A stretch of 64,000 nt of DNA, taken from Octopus vulgaris (taxonomy: Eukaryota). Location: the NCBI GenBank assembly GCA_951406725.2, contig OX597826.1, positions 46,252,001 to 46,316,000 of the forward strand, written 5' to 3'. Every line of letters starts with the position of its first letter. The first letter of the stretch is position 1. Below the pieces are notes generated by a model. That model saw only the letters and a program-made list of their open reading frames with translations, was not told the origin of the DNA and ran no database searches. Positions 54,990 through 64,000 of this stretch are shown here, piece after piece. The position numbers were made by a program, and so were the translations under genes.

Positions 54990-55513
54990 TATATATATAT
55001 ATATATATATATTGAGAGAAACTGACAGACATAAGCAGGCAAGCAGACAGAGAGATATAGATAGTACATAGGTATTGATGGTGACCTTCTGTACAGTTTC
55101 CATGAAGCAAGTTTCAGTTATAAGGCATTGGTCAAACTGAGGCAATATTTAAAGATACTTTAAGGCATAAAGATGTCAGAATTGTTACTACACCAGGAAA
55201 AATGTTTCACTGCAGTTCTTCCGACTGTACATTCTGAGTTCAAATTCCACAGGGGTCAACTTTGCCTTTCATCCTTCTGGAGTCAATAAGATAAGTACCA
55301 GTTGAGCAGTGGGGTTGATGTAATCAACTTACTCCCTCCCATGAAATTACAGGTTATTGTGCAAAAATCTGAAACCAATACTACAAGATACTTGCCCAAG
55401 ATACCATGCAGTGGGTTTGAACCAAAATGCATTGGATTGTAAGCAAACTTATTAACCACTATGCCTGCATCTAGACATACATACGCACACAGATGTATGT
55501 ATGTGTATGTATG

Positions 55514-55558
<45 letters not shown>

Positions 55559-56749
55559 GAGGAAAAAGAGGTAATGAAAAAGCACATGTGAGAAAGAAAG
55601 AAAGAGAGAAAGAACAGAAGAGAGACTTAATATCAAAAATAACATTAAAAAAATGTAAAACTATAAAGCAAATTATAGAAAAAAAACTGAATAAACTATA
55701 AAAGTATATTTCTAAAGAATACTGACACAAACGAAGAAACGATGCCAAAACACTCATTATAATCAAAAGTCTGAGAGACGATTTTCTAATTCTTTTCTCT
55801 TTCTTTCTGTCCAGGTAGTCTGTTTGTCTGTGTTATGTAAGTGCCAGCTCTTGTAGTGACAGAGCTGCATTAACACACTCCTTAAAGAACCAAACTCATC
55901 AGCTAAAAACAAACATGAATGAATTAAATTAGAGACGGTGGTAGGGGGCGGGTGGGTGGGTGGGAGGGCTGCAGCCTTTTGTATGAATAACTCATAATTA
56001 GCATCATCTTGTAGGCTTGCCTTTGTTTACACATATCGTTTAATATCCCAACAATTGGGACCTGCTATAATTGATGTTGCTGTAGTTGTTGTTGTTGTCG
56101 TTATCATTATTATTCATGTTGTTATTAAAATAAGCTTGCCCCAACTCCATTCTTTTAGCTGCCAAAAGTATGTTTCCACAGTGTAGATGTGTAGGCATGC
56201 AAACATTCCACTATGGATAGGCATCTCTAGCTGCAGTTTTGCTAAAACTATTAACATTCTAAAAACCAAAGCTAAATGGATTTTAAAAAAGAAAATACTT
56301 AGAAAAACCTAATTTAATATCAGTTTTGTTATAAGATGTATTTTCATACCTTAACCTCTCATCACTTGGCATAAGACTATCTCCCTGAATAATACACTCC
56401 CTCAGTTGAAGTGTTTTGTTTTGCAAGCTAATCAGATACCTCACTTGTGCTGGTGCCCTGTAAAAAAAAACCCTCTGTAACGTGGCGGGTGTTAGGAAGG
56501 GCATTCAGCTGTAGAGACTATACCAAAACAGACACTGGAGTTTGGTACATCAGCTCCAGTCAAACCATCCAACCCATACCAACATGGAAAACAGACATTA
56601 AATAGTGATAATGAATGAATGAATGATTTGTGAGGTCAATAAGGGTATAATTAAAAATGATAGTAATTAACTCATAAGTATATCTAAGATGCTGTGTTTT
56701 CCAGCAAGCAAGTTAATGTAGTATATAGTATAACCCTTTTGTTACCATA

Positions 56750-57160
56750 TTCCTGGGGCCTACCAATACACAAGACCCATACCTCGCAGAAGAAGTGATA
56801 AGACTGAACCTTCTGGTTGTCTAAAGCACCTATGGGGGTGCCACGTAAAAGCACCCAGGCAGAGATATGTAAAAGTGGCCATGCTGTGGCATGTAAAAGT
56901 GCCCTTGTGGCAACATGTAAAAGCACCTGTGTGGCAACACATAAAAGCACCTGTGCAGTGCCATGTAAAAGCACCCATGTGGTGCTACATAAAAGCATTC
57001 AGCACACCCTGTGAAGTGGCTGGTTTTTGGAAGGGCATCCAGCCATTGAAACCAGGCCAAATCAGACTGGAGTTTGGTGCAGTCCACCCACTGACTTGCC
57101 AGCTTTGGTCACACAGTCTAACCCATGCCAGTATGGACAATAGATGTTAAATGATGATGA
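56750..57160 (+). mobile_element. (ATG)n-tailed retroposon (SINE or LINE 3' end) with internal ~24-bp tandem repeat
   Basis: About seven TAAAAGCACCTGTGTGGYRMCAYG-like units at 56820-57000; tail CCCATGCCAGYATGGA...GTTAAATGATGAT. Related pieces at ~18858-18985, 20230-20365, 30010-30380, 41543-41820, 56340-56610. Confidence 0.75.
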
Positions 57161-57344
57161 TTTCTATTAAAATAAACCCCCTTTATTTCAATCAATTTTG
57201 AAAATAATGAAGAATGTAATAAATTAATTTGTCATTATTAAGCTGATGTTTGGAAATTTAAATTACCTTGAAGTTTTAACAGAAAATTTTAATTTAATCA
57301 CTTTTTGAAGTAACTACATCCTATTGCTTTGCAGTAGTGTACCT

Positions 57345-57572
57345 ATTTCTTCACTACCCACAAGGGGCTAAACACAGAGAGGAAAACAGGGACAGACAAA
57401 CGGATTAAGTTGATTATATTGACTCCATTGCATAACTGGTACTTATTTAATTGACCCTGAAAGGATGAAAGGAAAAGTCAACCTCGGCGGAATTTGAACT
57501 CAGAACGTAGCTGCAGACGAAATACAGCTACGCATTTCACCTGGCATGCTAACGTTTCTGCCAGCTAGCCGC
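57345..57572 (-). mobile_element. tRNA-derived SINE family B with 18-bp target-site duplication
   Basis: Head GGCGGCTAGCTGGCAGAAACGTTAG...GAGTTCAAATTCC; CTTTGCAGTAGTGTACCT at 57327-57344 and 57573-57590. Related copies at ~590-755, 5262-5470, 8682-8805, 11180-11370, 35558-35770, 44765-44975, 48085-48270, 50245-50460, 55160-55380, 62290-62485. Confidence 0.9.
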
Positions 57573-58554
57573 CTTTGCAGTAGTGTACCTTCACATTTAG
57601 TACACAGTGAAAATCTTTATCGAATATATTGCCCAAAAGTTATCAATTTCAAATATGGTAATTTTTTCTAACTGCGGAGTAGGACCAGCAACTTTAAAAG
57701 GAGGGCTAAGTTAATTTAAGTGCTCTACTGGCACTTATTTTACTGGCCTCCAAGTGGATGAAAGACAAATTTATCTTTGGCAGGATCTGAACTTAGGACA
57801 CAAAAAGCAGAAGAAATACTGCTAAACACTTTCTCTGGCACAGTAATGGTTCTACCAGTTTCCTGCCTTGATATAACTGAATACATAACATAATGATTAA
57901 TAAACAGAATATATATTGCCTATTTTATTGTAGCCATAGCAAGGTATCATCTATTGTTTAGCTTATAATATCCAACCATTTTACAATGTATTCTTCACAA
58001 GGGGCAGCCCAGTACTGCCAGATATGATGAAAGGGTACACCAACATTACCAAACATGATGAAGGGGTACCCAATACTGCATAACCTAACGAGGGGGTACT
58101 CCAACACTGCTGGACATAATGAAGGGGTGCCCTAAAAAGGAAAAGTTCCAGAATCTCTGATCCAGAACTAAATTCTCCAATGTGTTTTTTTCATTTTCTG
58201 CAAGACAATTGACTTGCAGGATTGACACAAAGGAAATTGGCTGTTATTTCTAGCACATTAAAGGACCCCATAGATGCTCTCGCTTTAAGCTCAATTAAGG
58301 CTGTTTTATGCAGCCACAGACCTTAAAACTCCCAAACCAGCTTATGATGAGAGGAGACAAAAAAAAAAAAAGGGAAACATACACACACATACACACACTC
58401 ATACACAAACACACATATGTACATAGACAGATGCAAACAAAACCATTATCGTGCTTACTATGAAACAATTGAGTGACTATAATGGATGGAATAAACAAGT
58501 GTGACAGTGATGAGTGTGCATAATGTGTGAAGAAAGTATCTACTTCAGGTGGGT

Positions 58555-58669
58555 GACTACCATTACTACTACTACTACTACTACTATTACTGTGCTAACA
58601 ACAATGACGACTACTACTACTACTACTACTACCACAATCACTATAACTTTCACCGCTACCACCAACACC

Positions 58670-58739
<70 letters not shown>

Positions 58740-58972
58740 ACACTACCACAATCACTGTAACTTTCACCACTACCACCAACACCACTACCATCACCACCAC
58801 CACCACCACTACTACTACTACTACTACCACAATCAATATGTCTTTCACCACTACTACCAACACCACCACTACTACTACTACAACTACAACTACCACAATC
58901 ACTTTCACCACTACTACTACTACTACAACTACTACTACCACAATCACTATAACTTTCACCACTACCACCAAC

Positions 58973-59009
<37 letters not shown>

Positions 59010-59160
59010 GAACCACCAATAATACTACCACCACCACCATCTCCACTACTACTATGGGTACTATTATTACCACCGCCACCACCACCACCACTACTACTAC
59101 TACTCTCACCACTACTACAACTACGCCCACCATCACCACCACCACCACCACCACCATAGT
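58555..59160. repeat. (ACT/ACC)n array with a higher-order spacer
   Basis: An ACCACAATCACT(ATAA)CTTTCACC-like spacer recurs five times among the ACN triplets. Confidence 0.9.
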
Positions 59161-59692
59161 AGCTTTAGGCATTCACAGTGGTTAACTTGGACATTAGCAG
59201 AATACTGATTAAACATGCTACCAGTGACAAATGTAATGTCACATAGTAACACCTGAACCCACCCTTCCCTCTGCTAACTCCCTTCTTTCTCTCTTTTTTT
59301 TTCTCTCTCTCTCTCTCTTCCTCATCCTCATCCTCTCTTTCTCAGCTATATGCACCATTAGAAAAAGAGGAAATCAAACATGAAAACAGTACAAAAACAC
59401 ACAAATATATACATAAGACACAGACTGATACATACATATATACACACATATAAAATATATATATATACATATATATATATATAATTATATATATATGTGT
59501 GTGTGTGTGTGTTTGTATGTATATATATATGTATGTGTGTGTATGTATGTATATTATACACACATGCAAACATCTCACATACACATATACATACATGCAC
59601 TTGCAAACATCTCTGTAAACACACACATACTCATACAGGTACACAGACACAAACACATACGCACAGGCACACCTGAACGCATACAGACACAA

Positions 59693-59732
<40 letters not shown>

Positions 59733-60185
59733 CCATCTGCACAAACGCACACACATACAGAACGAGGACAAGTGGTTTTTCTGTTCTTTCAAACCGAAAT
59801 CCATTTACAGACGGAGCCGTGATCGCAGGAGACGGCATTTTGATCAATGAACCGTATCAAATGGAATGCATTGTTCACTCAGCACCATTTGCAGATGCAG
59901 TGGATAAGAAAAAAAGATGGCAATCCACAATTTCCTGTTTGCAGAGAGGAAGTTTTAAAACAAACTTTATCAAATGACAAGAGATGATAATGTATTGCCA
60001 TTAAATATCAGTCTGGTGAAAGACAGACCGATGCTGCGGTAATAACATTGCCAGACAATCGCATTTAGAGAAAAGCACCGGAGGCGGCTGGTGGCAGGGG
60101 CCGTACTGAATCTACAGACTTAATTGAACTTGGGCATTTTACTTCTAATTAATGCAAAGCATGTTTGTTGTTCCTTAAAATTGTA

Positions 60186-60325
60186 GAGAGAGAGAGACTA
60201 GAGGCAGCCAGAGAGAGAGAGACTAGAGGCAGCCAGAGAGAGAGAGAGACTAGAGGCAGCCAGAGAGAGAGAGAGACTAGAGGCAGCCAGAGAGAGAGAG
60301 AGAGACTAGAGGCAGCCAGAGAGAG
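60186..60325. repeat. Minisatellite (GA)n-CTAGAGGCAGCCA x5
   Basis: Directly visible. Confidence 0.9.
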
Positions 60326-61109
60326 GAAGAGGCAGAGAGTGAGAGAGAGAGAAAGGAAATGCACATTAACAACAGAGAAGTTAGATTGAGGAGGAGGCTA
60401 GTAATGGTCACATGTGGAAGAGGAAAGAATTCCATTGGAAGAAAGAGGAGAGAGAGAGAGAGAGAGAGGGATACGAGTGAGGTGAAAGTTTACAATGAAA
60501 TAAGCCAAATTACATTAAAGGTTAAGTTCATATAAAACTTGCACATTAGAGCAGAAGGACTTGATAGTATGCTGGCTGATAGAGAGGACAGCAAACTTTG
60601 GAATCTGCCGGTGAAAAAGATAGAAGAAGCTGTGATGTGGAAGCGCTGGGACACTACTGACCACATGGTCAGAAGATCAAATTTTGAAATTTTAAAAGAC
60701 AGCTGCTTTCAGTCAGTCAGCTCTTGTCCAAGGTTCCTCACCCTATCGCAAGATTTTATGGGGGTCAATGACAGAAAGAGCCTGGAAAAAAACTTCCAAA
60801 TGAAGAAACAACTGCTCCAAAAAAAAGGTAAACAATCCATAAAATCAATGCAAGAAGAAGAAATTAATGTAAAAATATTGTGATTTCTTTGTATGGCCAT
60901 GTGTGTGCTTGAGTGTATGAATGTGTGCATGTGAATGTATGTGCAAGGGTGTATGTGTACATCCCTGCATTTATGTGCATGTGTGCATGGGGGTGTATAT
61001 ATATTTGTGTGGGTGCATGCACACACACTTCCTCTTTACACAAGAACATAATTGCTATTCTTTCAGGGAAGAACATAATACTATGAAAAATGAAAAAAAT
61101 AAATAAATA

Positions 61110-61166
<57 letters not shown>

Positions 61167-61606
61167 TTTCGTTTTTGGATTTGGTTTGCAAGATTCTTGG
61201 TGACGTCATTAACTTTAGGCCATTCTATATTTTTGTTCTCATTTTTCTCCGACTAGGAATGTATTCCTTTATTGACACCATGATGACTTCTTCATCAGCC
61301 ATCTTTAACTGAATAAAGGAAACAGCAAAATATTATTTTTTTCCGAAAGTTGTTAAGATTCAAAAGAATATTGATGCACACCCCTTGTAAAACAGGGGGT
61401 GTTTCTAAACAAAAATATTATCTGTGAAGTCCAGACACTCTCGGAAATGCAATGCTAACAATAAAATGAAAATATGGGGCCTAAGAAGGCTGAAAAGATT
61501 ACAAACACTATTTCAATTTATGGAGCTTCAAATTTCCATGACTTTACAGTATGGCGGCCATAGTAATAATAATAATAATAATAATGATGATGATGATGAT
61601 AATAAT

Positions 61607-62166
61607 ATAAATGCCCTGATGCAGTAAAAGGCAGTGGCTCTCGTGGCTTCTGATCTTAACTGATTGGAAGTGTTATCATGTACATTGTTTTATCTTGGTA
61701 TAAAAGATGGGCTACAGCAAATATTCTGCTCAATACCAAAGATTTGCTTGTCAGTTGTTTGACATTAACAAGTTGAGCATGTCCCTTAGTGGCTGACGAT
61801 ATGTGCATCTCTGATCACGAGCAGAAGTGGTGGGGAAGCATCATAGCCATGTGCTGAGAGGGATTCTTTGGGGTTTGAATAATTCAACTCTGGAAACATG
61901 GGTGTTTCGTTCAACATCCATAAACAACCCTTATTCGGGGACCTTTTGAGCAGGATGGGTTACTTGACCTGAAAAGAATTCTAACTAGGCCCCACCTGCA
62001 AGGTCATGTGCTGTTTATCTTGATATGAGATCACCATGTCTCAAACATATGATTGTGATGCATGTGCCTAGTGTACCCTTATCAGATGGGTAATCATGAT
62101 GGGTATACTGGGCTTCGTATATTATACCCCAGTGTCACTTTGATGGCATGCACTGCTCTCTCACTC
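61607..62166 (+). mobile_element. ~550-bp (AAT)n-embedded interspersed repeat, copy 2
   Basis: Starts ATAAATGCCCTGATGCAG and ends CTCTCTCACTC(AAT)n, as in copy 1. Confidence 0.85.
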
Positions 62167-62216
<50 letters not shown>

Positions 62217-62217
62217 T

Positions 62218-62298
62218 ATAGACAAATGGTTGAAGGAGATTCAAACTGAATGTCCTGTAGAGCTTTTACAGAAACTTTGCCTCTTAGGGACAGGAAAG
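62218..62298 (+). mobile_element. C-terminal remnant of a Dong/R4-like LINE ORF directly after (AAT)n
   Basis: IDKWLKEIQTECPVELLQKLCLLGTGK resembles the LQK..LLGTA..LRKVL terminus of RLE-type LINEs; short, and cut by a SINE. Confidence 0.55.
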
Positions 62299-63184
62299 AC
62301 CTCAAATTTTGGTACAAGGCCAGCAATTTTAGGGAAGAGGCAAAGTTGATTACACTGACCCCAGTGTTCAGTTGGTACTTATTTTATTGACTCCCAAAAG
62401 GATAAAAGGCAAAATTGATCACAACAGAATTTGAACTATGTACATGAAGGTGGATGAAATGCTGCTCAGATTTTGCCTGGCGTTGGGACCAGAAAGATTA
62501 TCAGGAGGGTTTTAAGCACTTGAAAGACTATATAGAAAGCTTGTGGATATATAAGGTTAGCGTCTGAAACTTGCTACCCACATAAATTCTACAAGGAATA
62601 AGAACAAACCTGAATCAAATCAAAAATAATGATGATAGCTACGATGATGACGGTGATGAAAATTAAGATAATAAAAATAATAATAATTATAAGGTTGTTT
62701 GTCGGGTGAAAGTGTTAACTCTGTAAAAGGTGTATACATGTTGCTGCTGCAGTGTAAATCAGTGGAATTCTACATAAATTCAGAGTCAAAAGGAAATCTT
62801 CTTTTGATTATCACAGCAGTTATTGTGTCACAACTTAACAGAATAATTCTCGATATCAAAGTAACGGCATTGTCATCATACACTCTGCTGATTCCATGCA
62901 GCAGAAAAAAAAAAAAAAAAATAAATAAATAAATAACGGTAAAGTTTTAATGGTTTTAACCGAAAACAGAACAGAGTAAAGCAGCTTTAGCACTAATTGA
63001 TGTCTGTGTTTATTATTTATTGCCTCAGTATGAACGGAACGCGAAGGGCTGAAGAAGAAGAAGAAGAAGAGCTAATGCAAAGCATACAATTGAGACAAGA
63101 ATGTGGATAAAACGAGAAGATAAGTAATGATTATATGCATGACTGTATGCATCTCTGTGTGGATATGTACATATATTTGTGATT

Positions 63185-63590
<406 letters not shown>

Positions 63591-63667
63591 AAATATATGA
63601 GTGTGTGAGGGCGGTTGTATGTATAGATATATACATATGTGGGTGGAAGTATTGTGTGCATGTGTGT

Positions 63668-63712
<45 letters not shown>

Positions 63713-64000
63713 CATATTTGTGCATGCAGGGGTGTGTGTGGATATATGTATGCATATGCATGAATGTGTTTCCGTGCGTGTTTGTTTGCGTGTGTGTATG
63801 TATGTACGTACATGTTTGTATAGATAAGTGTGCCCGTTTTTAAGACGTGTATATCATATAGCTTCTCTCTAAACTCTTATCTGTTATCCCCTGAAGCTCA
63901 GGATTAAGAAGCAAGCCGCACAAGTGCGCTTAAGCCAAAAGGATAATGACAAAAGTAAAAAAGACGTAGAAATGCGAATAATAAATGAAAGAGAAAGCGA

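Noticed and set aside
55870-55905. CTGATGAG on the - strand
   Set aside because: No downstream stem II or GAAA.
57262-57280. AACTTCAAG|GTAATT on the - strand as an upstream BCAT 'FK' donor
   Set aside because: It lies inside a repeated MITE-derived sequence.
58514-59185. 223-aa Thr-rich, mucin-like ORF
   Set aside because: ACN triplet repeats are open by construction; no signal peptide, convincing splice acceptor or flanking domain.
61607-61665. Possible HDV-like ribozyme at the 5' end of the (AAT)n element (GCCCTGA/TCRTGGC, CAGT/ACTG)
   Set aside because: P1 is imperfect, and no canonical L3, P1.1 or P4 could be built; the two copies do not support P3.

Overview
Very AT-rich, microsatellite-saturated animal DNA. 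The SINE families look like those of Octopus (inference from recognition, not a database search). Nearly all listed ORFs are microsatellite artefacts. The only host coding sequence I can support is one 201-nt exon of a branched-chain aminotransferase (BCAT) on the - strand (47598-47798), so the window is probably mostly intron. The rest is mobile DNA: three or four SINE-like families, Tc1/mariner and piggyBac remnants and MITEs, a Helitron Rep fragment, and a Helentron-type element. Most notable: (1) six minimal type I hammerhead ribozyme motifs in five different elements, all ending in or near (TA)n tracts, including a 2.9-kb head-to-head Penelope-like palindrome and a ~220-nt non-coding, hairpin-packed, retrozyme-like element; (2) a structurally intact 5S rRNA fused to a SINE 3' tail; (3) a locally templated fold-back insertion with a 13-bp flanking duplication, whose substitutions fall almost entirely in the paired arms; (4) a fixed-length ~550-bp element that sits in (AAT)n tracts, one copy beside a Dong/R4-like LINE remnant. 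Repeat boundaries were read by eye and may be a few bases off.
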